64,000 nt of DNA from Octopus sinensis (taxonomy: Eukaryota). The notes below the pieces were generated by a model, which was given only the letters and a program-made list of their open reading frames with translations, ran no database searches and had not been told where the DNA came from. The position numbers and the translations under genes are program-made. The stretch lies in NCBI RefSeq assembly GCF_006345805.1, contig NC_043006.1, forward strand, positions 16,492,001 through 16,556,000, read 5' to 3'. Positions 37,357 to 48,884 of the stretch are shown here, piece after piece. Position 1 is the first letter of the stretch; each line of letters opens with the position of its first letter.

Positions 37357-40300
37357 TTCTTTACTGCACACAAGGGGCTAAACATAGAGGGGACAAACAA
37401 GGACAGACAAAGGGAGTAAGTCGATTACATCGACCCCAGTGCGAAAGTGGTACTTTATTTATCGACCCTGAAAGGATGAAAGGTAAAGTCGACCTCGGCG
37501 GAATTTGAACTCAGAACATAACGACAGACGAAATACCGCTAAGCACTTTGCCCGGCGCGCTAACGTTTCTGCCAGATCGCCGATAGAAAGAGAGAGAGCG
37601 AGAGCTTTCACTTTTATATGAATAACTATGGAAGACTGGTGGGAATATTATCTGTATGGACTTATAGGATTGGTCGATATTAATAAAGTTCGTGTTTAAT
37701 CCTTCCCAGAATTAAAATTGAATGAATGCGGTGATATCTAAGATATGTTTGTTCCCAAGCAACACTTATTTTAGTGTTGTTGACACCGCCGAATTGAATG
37801 GTGCAGCCATGGTTATATCTGTGGGTCAGCTGGTGATGGGGGTATGCTGGATTGTTGATATGGCAGTTATTGAATGTGCGGAATAGCATTATAACACATC
37901 CATTTGATATATATATATATGTATGTGTGTGTGTGTGTAATACAAAATGGGACAAAAACGCAAAACATCCAGATAGACGATACAAAGAAAACAAGGACGG
38001 GTCATTCGAAGTTTTCTTTCCTCAGTCAAGCACCAGGTTATCCTCCCAATTTTGGCTGATTATACTTGAGATTGCTCCAATCTGGCCAGCCCCAAGGAAA
38101 AACTAAGCTAAGCGCATAAGATTCCTTCGAAGACAGCGATGAATGTATACAAAAACAAAGACGGACAAAATGGACAAAGTTACACAAATATAAATACAAT
38201 AAAATAATAACAGGACATAACAACAGGTGTCTTTCGACTAAGGACGAATTGAATTAATCTGGCACGTGTGGAAATGAAGCCTTGTGACAGAGATTTAAAA
38301 ATTTCACAAACACAGTGAAGAATATCGATGTTGCACGGACAACGGTCAGACCAAGAAAGAAAGAGCAGGCTTGGCTAACTGGCAGTCACGTGGGAAGAGA
38401 AGTAGAAGCAGAGCGACAGAAGAATTAAGGAGGGGCGAGAAAAAAGGACATTGTATATAAATATATATAGTTAATCCAAACATGAAAGCACAAAAAAACA
38501 ACAACGCGAGGACGTGGAACAAATATAGTATTATTGGACATGTAGCGGCGTACGTACACTTTGGTCTCTTATATATATATATATATATATATATACCGTT
38601 TTTAGAAAAGCAAATCTGGAGAATAATAGTAATAATAATAATCCATGGATGGGATTTATGAATATTTCAATGCATCGCAACACGCGTTTCCACATACTAC
38701 GTGATATCGCTTGAAGAAAAGAACGCAAGAAAAGATCCATTCGGTATCCATGGATATTATGGATTGTGGTATAATCATCCCAGGATTACGGACTATGGTC
38801 GTAAGAAACATGTGATTTGTGGAATCACTCGTAACGATGCATTAAGATATCTAATAATAGACAACCCCCATAAAACTGGTGTTGCGAGTTGGTATCATTA
38901 GGCCGTAGCCGACATAATAAAATAGGAGTGTTTATATGCATATCCAGAAACGTTTCCTGTAAACTAACTTAAAGGACATATATACACACACACACACGAC
39001 GGGCTTCTTTTTAGTTTCCGTCAACCAAATCCACTTACAAGGATCTGGTTAACCCAAAGCTATAGTAGAAGACACCTTCCCAAAGTGCTACGCATTGAGA
39101 CTGAACCCGGAATCATTTGACTGGGAAGCAGATTTCTTACCATTCAGCCACGGAAGTAGTAAAATTCAAATGATTATTACGGAATAGTGGATCTTTCAAA
39201 AGAAAATATTGAGTTATTTCCCTTGCATTCTCTGAATTTTAAAACGTTCGTTTATTTCAAACAGTTACCGATAATGTATTATAGAAGTGATATTCTTTTA
39301 TTTGTTTCAGTCATTTGACTGCGGCCATGCTGGAACACCGCCTTTAGTCGAGCAAATCGACCCCGGGAATTATTCTTTTGTAAGCCAAGTACTTATTCTA
39401 TCGGTCTCTTTTGCCGAACCGCTAAGTTACGGGGACACAAACACACCAGCATCGGTTGTCAAGCTATGTTGGGGGGGGGGGAACACAGACACACAAACAC
39501 ATATATACATATACGACAGGCTTCTTTCAGTTTCTGTCTACCAAATCCACTCACAAGGCTTTGGTTGGCCCGAGGCTATAGTAGAAGACACTTGCCCAAG
39601 GTGCCACGCAGTGGGATTGAACCCGGAACCATGTGGTTGGTAAGCAAGCTACTTACCACACACCCATGACTTCTATTCATTTTATCGACCCTAAAAGGAT
39701 AAAAGGCAAAGCTGACCGAATGATGTGATGTAGTACGCAGAGTCGGAACTAAATACCGCAAGGCATTCTGTACGACATTACACCGTTTCTATGAAACTAC
39801 TGCCCATAATTTCACAATTAAAATTTATTACTTTTTATTGCAAACTAGGATTTCCATTAATATATAAATGAGAATAAAAATAAAATTCCAAGTAGTGTCC
39901 ATTATCTAAAACCCCATGTGATGCTGGAACATTCATACTCTTATTAAAAATAAGCAGGATTTTTTGTTGTAGAACCCACAAGGTCAGTCCAGATCTACAA
40001 GACCAATGATGAAAGGCGTTCCAACAATAACCATCCCGCCTTTCTCCCCTTACTTATAACATTGTATTATTGTTCTGCCTTTTTTTCAAAGGCGACGATA
40101 TGGTTAGTTTGAGGGAGATTTTGTTGCCATTTCTAGCAGCTCGGGCTGGCTTCACCTGTATTTCTCATAGCAGAGAGGATGACAGAAAGAATGGAGAAAA
40201 AAATTTATAGTGTACTTCCAGCTTTTATAACTTGTCCAATACATAGAAGAATTAAATGAATGCGAACTCTATTTGGTTTTACCAATGATAAAGAGAAGGG

Positions 40301-40432
40301 GGCTTTGTTTTTTAAGAAGAGGTTTTTATTTTATTTTATTTTATTATTATTTTTTTTTAATCTAAGAACCGTTGACCTCCAATCATTAAGAAAATTTCAC
40401 GTAACAATTCTGAAAGAATTAATAGTTTTACA

Positions 40433-40501
40433 ACCGGAAGTCATTGAAACACGCAGGCGCATTGGAGAGAGAGAGAGAGAGAGTCCTAATTCCTCCACGT
40501 G
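40433..40501 (+). promoter_or_regulatory. Putative NIP7 proximal promoter: ETS site, NRF1-like site, E-box
   Basis: ACCGGAAGT (40433-40441), ACGCAGGCGCA (40451-40461) and CACGTG (40496-40501) all lie within about 100 nt of the ATG, in otherwise CpG-poor DNA. Confidence 0.6.
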
Positions 40502-40532
40502 TTTTCGTCTCTCACAAGAATCCTTCGTAAAG

Positions 40533-40588
40533 ATGAGGCCCCTCACGGACGATGAATGTAAATTATTTTTTGAAAAATTAACTAAATA
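40533..40588 (+). CDS. NIP7: 60S ribosome biogenesis protein NIP7, exon 1 (MRPLTDDECKLFFEKLTK)
   Basis: ATG at 40533, gtaagt donor at 40589 (phase 2). Matches the NIP7 N-terminus MRPLT..E....FEK..KY. Confidence 0.93.
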
Positions 40589-40718
40589 GTAAGTAAATAT
40601 ATTCTACGTTATCACATTATTGTCAAGTCATAGATATTTGCCTCCTTATCTTGTTTCCTAAGTATTTATCGAATATTGTTTACCAAGTACCTACATTATA
40701 TATATATATATATATATA

Positions 40719-40929
40719 CCGGAGTAAGCACATAAATGTGAAACAAGGTCGAAAAAAGGAGTACTCAAATACCAGAGGTAGAGTAATATGCTTTATTTAA
40801 AAGCAGTAGAAATATAACAAAAGCTGTTACTCAGAGTTTCACGTTCCTTGTTAACAAAACTGTCCGACGAACGGAAACGTGAAACTGAGTAACAGCTTTT
40901 CTCATATTTCTGCTGCTTTTAAATAAAGT
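40719..40929 (-). mobile_element. Second, diverged copy of the hairpin/hammerhead element, in NIP7 intron 1
   Basis: Same tail (ccggagta..gagtactcaaatacca..gtaatatgc) in the opposite orientation; imperfect inverted arms; motif CTGT-CCGACGA-ACG GAAA CGT-GAAA-CTGAG-TA-ACAG at 40860-40895; (TA)n on both sides. Confidence 0.7.
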
Positions 40930-40934
40930 ATATA

Positions 40935-40988
<54 letters not shown>

Positions 40989-42472
40989 TATATATACATA
41001 TATACACACACACAGAAATGGCACATACCTTTGAGTCAAAACGAAAGATTGCCATGTATATATATATATATATTTGTTCATTGAGTTTTTAAGAAAATGG
41101 TAAAATTAACTGGCATTTGTATATTAGATATTTGTGTGGTTATATTTCTTAATATGACTACGAAGAGTGTGCTCATGACCGATGTAATACAGAAGGAATC
41201 ACAATAAAATGTTACCTTCATTGAATTTAGAAATAATTATTTTACTCAAGTAACACTAAGTTTGGTAATTTCCTATTTGACGTTCGTTATTTCAATAAAA
41301 CGTTTCATAATTTTAAGTGGTACACACTACGAACAGTGAGTAAAAAGTGAGGGCAGATGTTAGTCTTATTTTGAATAGAGTTTCGCTATGGGTCACACGT
41401 GAGAATTCTTCAACAATCCACGGCGGTCGCACCGATAGAAATCGCTGAATCTGACAAACACCGAGCCAGTGTCGTAATTGTATGCTTTTCATTGATTATC
41501 TGCTGATCTGGAAGTATTTCGTTGGGAGGCATTCTTTCGAGGAGCAGCAAGGTGTCCAAGAGATATGCTAACCGAGTTAAATTGAGATCGAAACTAAAAT
41601 AGATTCGATTTACGAACATCAAATAGGAAATTATGTTGAGTTCAATTAAAGTGAGTTAATTACTATTTTGTGGCATATTTTATCGATATAAAACAGCGCA
41701 CCTTAGTACTTTGTAGATATTGGACGATGCCACTCATGTAAGGTAGTGTAAGTAATACGTTTTGGGTCAATGAAGGCGTGGGAGTGGTTATGTGGTAAGT
41801 AGCTTGCTTACCAACCACATGGTTCCGGGTTCACTGCCACTGCGTGACACCTTGGGCAAGTGTCTTCTACTATATAGCCTCGGGCCGACCAAAGCCTTGT
41901 GAGTGAATTTGGTAGACGGAAACTGAATAAAGCCCGTCGTATATATGTATATATATGTATGTGTGTCTGTTTGTGCCCCCAACATCGCTTGACAACCGAT
42001 GCTGGTGTGTTTACGTCCCCGTAACGTGGCGGTTCGGCAAAAGAAACCGATGGAATAAGTACTAGGCCTACAAAAATAAGTCCTGGGGTCGATTTGTTTC
42101 CACTAAAGGCGGTGCTCCAGCATGGCCACAGTCAAATGACTGAAACAAGTAAAAAAAAGTCTGATTATTAAGACTAATTAAACTGACTTAATTAGTGTTT
42201 TATACTATATTTTATTGACAATAAAATTCTATACTTTAGAATTTTTGGCAGAGTTTTGACTTCCTGGTGGAATTCTTGTTTAAGCACCCCATATTACTTC
42301 TCATAACTTATTTTCCGAAAAGTTTTGCGAATTTGTGTCTCTACATATGGGGATTCCTTCTGCCTTGTGGTCTTCAAGAATACGAACCTCAAACATTTCC
42401 TTGAATAGGAACAGCATGTTCCAGTCAACTTCCAGAACACAGGAACTCAATCATTGCATATATCAACGAATG

Positions 42473-42785
42473 GTGGAGGCGCAATGGCCCAGTGGTTAGG
42501 GCAGCGGGATCGCCGTTTCGATTCCCAGACCGGGCGTTGTGAGTGTTTATTGAGCGAAAAAACCTAAAGCTCCACGAGGCTACGGCAGGGGATCCTTGCT
42601 GTACTCTTTCACCACAACTTTCTCTCACTCTTACTTCCTGTTTCTGTTGTACCTGTATTTCAAAGGGCCGGCCTTGTCACTCTCTGTGTCACGCTGAATA
42701 TCCCCGAGAACTACATTAAGGGTACACGTGTCTGTGGAGTGATCAACCGGAACCCTCATCGTCGTAACCGACGGAGTGCTTTCAC
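42473..42785 (+). mobile_element. tRNA-derived SINE (same family as 2399-2789); relatives at 28164-28435, 48390-48680, 61487-61655 and 63217-63998
   Basis: 13-bp TSD ATATCAACGAATG (42460-42472 and 42786-42798). Confidence 0.85.
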
Positions 42786-42837
42786 ATATCAACGAATGAC
42801 TCACTCTCTCTTCTCATATAATCACAAATATCTTATG

Positions 42838-43070
42838 GGTACTACTTGAGAACAGTGATCCCTGTGTGTGCGCGCACACGCATCCGCGCTAGCTACTCAT
42901 GACTAGTCGATCCTACAACGACTACCTATCAAAGTAAATAAAACACAAAATAAATGATTTTTTAAACAAAGTAAATAACGAACAAAAACACAAAGTAAGG
43001 ATCGACTAGCTAGCGCGGATGCATGACTACGCGAGTGCGCGCACCGGGACCACTGTTCTCAAGTAGTGCC
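42838..43070. mobile_element. MITE with long imperfect TIRs and a 9-bp TSD (Merlin- or Mutator-like)
   Basis: TIR GG(T/C)ACTACTTGAGAACAGTG(A/G)TCCC; TSD TATCTTATG at 42829-42837 and 43071-43079. Confidence 0.88.
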
Positions 43071-43384
43071 TATCTTATGTACAGACATGGTTGTGTGGTT
43101 AAGAAGTACTCTTCCTAACCACATTTTAGGGGTCACAATCCAACTGTGAGGCACTTTGGGATAAATGTCTTTTACTAAAGCACCGAGCCGACCAAAGCTT
43201 TGTTACAAGATTTTGTAAATGGAAACTGAAAGAAGCCCACCGACTGTGTTGTGTCACTTTGCTATGAAATTACGCAATAGTTGTAAATAAGCGTCACCGT
43301 CATACGACTGGTTCGTTCCCATTCTTCTTTCTATGTTAATTAGTTTCATATAATCAAATCTATTTCAAAATTTTCTATTTTCAG

Positions 43385-43471
43385 TATTGGAGATAACATT
43401 TCACAACTGTTGGAAAGAACTGATGGAAAGTATTGTTTCCGTTTACATAAGGAAAGGATTTATTACTGCAA
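43385..43471 (+). CDS. NIP7: NIP7 exon 2 (YIGDNISQLLERTDGKYCFRLHKERIYYC)
   Basis: tttcag acceptor and gtaagg donor; 87 nt, phases compatible with exons 1 and 3; YCFRLH motif. Confidence 0.93.
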
Positions 43472-43499
43472 GTAAGGCTGTTTTGTTATTTGTCTATAT

Positions 43500-43655
43500 A
43501 TTCTCTTTCTGTTTATTTTCTCTTTCCTTTCTGTTGAAGAGCATAGGCTCAAAACATAAAAGACTTTCTCACTTTCCTGAGTGTCAAACTAATACACCTG
43601 CTTGTTGTTCATATTCCTGTCTTCATCTTTTGTTTTCATGTAAATTTCAACTAAA
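43500..43655 (+). mobile_element. Short repeat with a decayed hammerhead-like motif (related copy 48258-48385)
   Basis: CTGTTGA-A-GAGC-ATAG-GCTC-AAAA at 43531-43554; shared aaactaataca..tgtttgttg..cctgtcttcatcttttg tail; TA-rich flanks. Confidence 0.5.
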
Positions 43656-44371
43656 TATATATATATACACACACACCACCACCAACTCATTGAAACACTT
43701 CTTAACCACATAGCCATATCTCCCATGTTCTTAAAACCTTCTTTCTCTCCCATTAAGCTTAGTTTGGCTTTCTGATCTCAGTCTATATTACAGGGTATAA
43801 TCACCCTGGCTAATGTAGGTCCTGTGCTCAGCTGTCTCAAACAGAAAATGCCTAGTAAGGACCCCTGTCCAGGATTAAAGATCCCTTGCTGTGGGTAAAT
43901 ATCTTCACTGCCTAGTAAGAGAAAAGCTAAGGAGAAAAACCTTGTAACAAATTCAGAATAGAGCCCCTCAGTTGGTTTGGTGTTCATCTTGATGCTCTTC
44001 CAACAACTTCAGTAGCTAAACATCTTTGGATTATACCAAGAAAACCAAGAGAAGGGGATTTGGTTTCTGAGTAACCTAGCATCTCTATACAACCAACCTA
44101 GGCTTGTGTCCTGGAGGAGTTACTTCAGCACATTATCATTGTTGTTTAACATCTACCTTCCATGCTGGCATTATTGTGAAAAGTAACCGTAATAGAATGG
44201 AGAAGTGATTGTCTCTCCATTCTGCTATACTACATCTTTTGAGACAGATGGATGCCAAAGAAGTTCAGTGCTTAAATTCATGCTGACTAAATGGAAATAC
44301 ACCAGTGAAGCCATAACAATATATTTTATAGATAATATTAAATGATTATTGATTTAAAATGTATACATGCC

Positions 44372-44793
44372 ATGCTTGAGGAGACCTATTGAGTGAAGTA
44401 AAATCAAATCAAATCACAATCAAATGGAAATTGTAGTTGTGACTGATGCCAGTGCTGCCTGACTGGCTCCTCTGCTGGTGGCACGCAATAAGCACCATTC
44501 ATGCATGGGTCGTTGCTAGTGCCCCCTGACTGGCTCCCCATGCTGTTGGCACATAAAATGCACCATCCAAACGTGGTCGATGCCAGTGTCATCTGACTGG
44601 CTCTCATGCCGATGGCATTTAAAAAGCACCCAATACACTCACAGAGTGGTTGGTGTTAGGAAGGGCATGCAGCTGTAGAAACACTGCCAGATCAGACTGG
44701 AGCCTGGTGCGGCCTCCCTGGCATGCCAGTCCCCAGTCAAACTGTCCAACCCATGCCAGCATGGAAAACGGATGTTAAACAATGTTGATGATG
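44372..44793 (+). mobile_element. RTE 3'-UTR copy in NIP7 intron 2
   Basis: Family core with a degenerate (GAT)n tail. Confidence 0.75.
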
Positions 44794-44897
44794 ACATTCA
44801 TATTCATTCTTAATATATTTTGGTAGGTTTTTGGTAGTTTCTGCTCAGTGCATCTGTGCCATTTTATTTTCAAATGTTTTTTTTTGTGGTTTTTCAG

Positions 44898-45036
44898 AGA
44901 AAGTTTAATGAAAAAGGCTTGTCATGTTTCCAGAGAGAACTTAAGAAGTTTTGGCACCTGTTTTGGCAAGTTCACCAAAACTCGCAAATTTCGGCTTCAT
45001 GTCACTGCATTGGATTTTCTTGCTCCTTACGCTAAG
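44898..45036 (+). CDS. NIP7: NIP7 exon 3 ([46 protein letters not shown])
   Basis: ttttcag acceptor and gtttgt donor; 139 nt; highly conserved [20 protein letters not shown] motif. Confidence 0.95.
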
Positions 45037-45222
45037 GTTTGTACATTGTTCCCTTATTATCTTTAAAATAAAAAAAATATAGAAGGTAGATGTCCAGATT
45101 GACAGAGCACTTGTACTATGTATTGCATTCTATTTTTACATTCTGAATTTAAAATTTCCTGGAAGTCTTTTGTATTCAGCAATCCAGGAATCAATAAAAA
45201 TAAGTTATATGTACACATAAGT

Positions 45223-45797
45223 GGGCTGGTTACACCCCTGGCATAGGCCACGAGGTTATGGTCTTCTCAAGCACAGCATATTTCCAAAGGTCCCAGTCAC
45301 TAGTCATTGCCTCGGTGAGGCCTAATGTTTGAAGGTCATGCTTCACCACCTCATCCCAGGTCTTCCTGGGTCTACCTCTTCTACAGGTTCCCTCAACTGT
45401 TAAGGTGTGGCACTTTTCCACACAGCTATTCTCACCACATGGCCATACCAGTGCAGTTGTCTCTCTTGCACACCACATCTCATGCTTCTTATGTCCAACT
45501 TTCCTCTCAAGGTACTTCCACTCTGTCGAGTATGCACACTGACATTACGCATCCATCGGAGCATACCGGCTTCATTCCTTGTGAGCTTACGCATGTCTCC
45601 AGCAGTCACGGCTCATGTTTCACTGTCATGTAGCATGGTTGTTTGTATACGTGCGTCATACAGTCTACCTTTTACTCTGAGCGAGAGGCACTTTGTCACC
45701 AGCAGAGGTAAGAGCTCTCTGAACTTTGCCCAGGCTATTCTTATTCTAGCAGCTATACTTTCAGCGCACCCTCCCCCACTACTGACTTGGTCACTTA
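45223..45797 (-). mobile_element. RTE-clade LINE fragment (RT C-terminus), degenerate, in NIP7 intron 3
   Basis: ARIRIAWAKFRELLPLL..KGRLY..MLHDSET, LHWYGHV and GRPRKTWDEVV motifs, with stops and frameshifts. Confidence 0.88.
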
Positions 45798-46026
45798 GGT
45801 ATATATACATACATACATACATATGTGTATATATATATATATATTTATGTGTCTATGTTTGTCCCCCCAACATTGCTTGACAGCTGATGCTGGTGTGTTT
45901 ACGTCCCTGTAACTCAGCACTTCGGCAAAAGAGACTGATAAAGTCCTAGGGTCAATTTGCTCGACTAAAGGTGGTGCTCCAGCATGGCTGCAGTCAAATG
46001 ACTGAAACAAGTAAAAGAAAAGAATA

Positions 46027-46223
46027 CAGTAATCCCTCGCCATATCACAGTTCACCAATCATGCACTCAGTACATCACAGTTCACCTATCGCAGACTTTT
46101 CTGGCTAATACATGTAATTTTATATCACTGGTTTCTGCAGCTGATTAGCATTTATATCTTTTTAGATTTTATTTCTGAGGGAAGTTTTGGAATGTAACAC
46201 CCACAATAGTCAAGGGGTTACTG
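46027..46223. mobile_element. Tc1/mariner (pogo/Tigger-like) MITE
   Basis: TA followed by CAGTAATCCCTCG at the left end; the right end reads CAGTAACCCCTTG on the minus strand. Confidence 0.65.
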
Positions 46224-46519
46224 TGTGTGTATATATATAAATTAGAAAAAAAAAACACCTTTTATCAATTCAAAATGAACAATTAAATTACACCATCTAG
46301 AAAATTACATATAATAGAAATATAAAAATTAAAATAATAAAATACCGATGATTAAGTAAATTGCAAAACAAATAATAAAAACCTATATAATTGGTAGAAT
46401 AACGACACGTGTTATATTCCCTCAAATAATTATTATATATATGTATATAAATAAATGTGTGTGTAAGTATATATATATTGTGTTATAATTGACCATTTAA
46501 ATGTAATTTCTCTCACTAG

Positions 46520-46660
46520 TACAAAATATGGTTGAAGCCAAATGCAGAACAACAGTTCTTATATGGAAACCACATAATGAAAGCTGGTCTTGGCAGAATC
46601 ACAGAAAATACTGAGCAGTACCAAGGTGTTATCGTATACAATATGAATGATTTGCCTTTG
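46520..46660 (+). CDS. NIP7: NIP7 exon 4, PUA domain ([47 protein letters not shown])
   Basis: ctag acceptor and gtaagt donor; 141 nt, phase 0; [16 protein letters not shown] motif. Confidence 0.95.
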
Positions 46661-48692
46661 GTAAGTTTTTAAAAAAATTTTTTAATACAAGCACAAAGAA
46701 ATGCATGCCTTTCTATTTACATATACACAAATCTTGCACACAGTGTGAAATAATTGGAAACCAAACTGTTGTATAGAGTAACAAGTTCTTGGCAGAATGG
46801 ACCTGCATGAATGAAAAACAACGAACTGTTTCAGGATCATCTCATAATCATTTCAACGTTCACTCTTCCATGCTTTTTTGGATTGGACAAAATTTTCTGC
46901 AACCGGATGCCCTTCCTGTTGCCAACCCTTACCTGTTTTCCAGCAAGGTCATATTTTCCTATGACCAGACATGACTTTGTGAAAGGCTGGAAATGAAGTA
47001 CACAACCTGTATGACAGATTCATCTACATCCATCAAGTGATGTCAAACCAAGGGGAGAGGCGGTGGGGAGACACATTCAATAGGCACCTTTTCAGTTTAG
47101 CGTTGCCTTACTGGCACTTGTGCCCGTGCTAGTAGGGTGCCAAGAGCACCATCCGAGCATGATCGTTGCCAGAGCAGCCAACTAGCTTCCGTGCCGGTGG
47201 CACATAAAAGGGCACCATTCGAGTGTGATTGTTACCAACGTCGCCTTACTGGCACATGTAAAAAGATTCGAGCAAGGTCGTTGCCAGTACTGCCTGACTG
47301 GCCCCAGTGCCGGTGGCACATAAAAAGCACCCACTACACTCCTGGAGTGGTTGGTGTAAGGGAGGGCATCCAGCTGTAGAAACTCTGCCAAATCAAGATT
47401 GGAGCCTGGTGCAGCCATCAGGTTCGCCAGCCCTCAGTCAAAATCGTCCAACCCATGCTAGCATGGAAAGCAGACGTTAAACGATGATGATGATGATGAA
47501 TGTTATGGTAGAAGGCACTTGACAAAAGTGCCAGACTGGGTCTAAACCTAGACTACATGAATGGGAAGCAAACTTCTTGACCATACCCCACCATCTTAAA
47601 GGAAAGGAAGGACCTGGTTAAATAATGCTTTAAATACACTTAATCTGGGGAGGAGGAGAAAAAAACTTAGTTACAGGTGGAATACCGTTGATTAGAGTAC
47701 TGACGATCTTAAGTATACTATTGCAATGGTGACTTTAAAATAATTTGCATGAGTTATTCCCCTTATATACCTCATCCATATTACGAGAAAAGTTTGAAGA
47801 ACGGTTTGTTTCGTTCGTTTCGAATACCTGCGGGTTATAAGTTATAACTTCGAAGAAAACACAGTGATTCTTCACTGGTGGGGTCTTATATATAATGGCG
47901 TATAGAATACTGAGTTTTTAAAAAATTCTTGGATGTAGGGGAAAAAGTCAAAAACTGCCCATGATATGTAAACCCAAATCTTCTGTAAACTTGACAGAGA
48001 TTCTAATCATTATAGCAAAGCCACACTTCGAATTGTCACCATTCATTTAGAAGCTGAGTTCTTACTGGTTTGTTGTTTATGTTATAAAAATTTAGGAACT
48101 TCAAGAATTGAAGTAAATTAGTTTAATGTTGGAACTCAAAGTAGATAAAGCTTTAAGTAGCAGCATGAAGAATACTGGGTTAAAAAGAACTTTTGGATGG
48201 AAGAAAGTTCAAAGCTGCCAGTGGGATTGCACACACACACACAAACATATATATATAAAGGAGTGTAGGCTTGGAACGTTAAAGACTTTTTCACTTCCTG
48301 GGCATTAAACTAATACATCTGTTTGTTGTCTACACCACCTGTCTTCATCTTTTGTTTTTTTTGTGTGTGAATTTTCCCTATATATATAGGACCCCCTTCA
48401 GTCATGAATGACCTACAAAGTTCCCCTCTCAGGCATAAGTCCAGGCATGGTTGTTTGTGGAAGGCCAACTGTTGCCCATGCATACCAGCCTCTCCTCTTG
48501 ATGCTACTGATGTTATCCAAAGGAAAAGCAAAAACTGATCAATACAGCTTGGCACCAGTTGCATTGCAACTCATTTCTATAGCTGAGTGAACTGGAGAGA
48601 TGTTAAATAAAGTGTCTTGCTCAAGGACACAACCCAGTCCAGGAATCAAACTTGCTACCTCATGATTTGACGCTGACCACATTCATAAGAAA

Positions 48693-48884
48693 GCAAGTAC
48701 ATAAATGCAAAACAAGGTGGAAAAAATAGTACTCGAATACCAAAGGTAGTGTAATGTACTACTTATTAAAGCCAAAAAAGGAAAAAAATCTCCATAAACT
48801 GTTACTCAGAGTTTCACATGGCCATTCATCGGACAGGTCACATGAAACTGAGTAACAGATTTTTTTTTCTGGCTTTAGTAAATT
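48693..48884 (-). mobile_element. Third, older copy of the hairpin/hammerhead element, in NIP7 intron 4
   Basis: Same tail. The minus strand at 48799-48836 reads CTGT-CCGATGA-atggccatgt-GAAA-CTCTGAG-TA-ACAG. Confidence 0.6.

Noticed and set aside
37620-38940. Coding-like stretches at 37620-37905 and 38640-38900, and a CTGAGGA..CGAA motif on the minus strand near 38000-38027
   Set aside because: Frames are short or interrupted with no recognised domain, and the hammerhead-like motif lacks a proper GAAA and stem I.
41410-41622. CpG-retaining segment with a 70-aa minus-strand ORF in NIP7 intron 1
   Set aside because: No recognisable motif or convincing splice sites; cannot be supported without a homology search.
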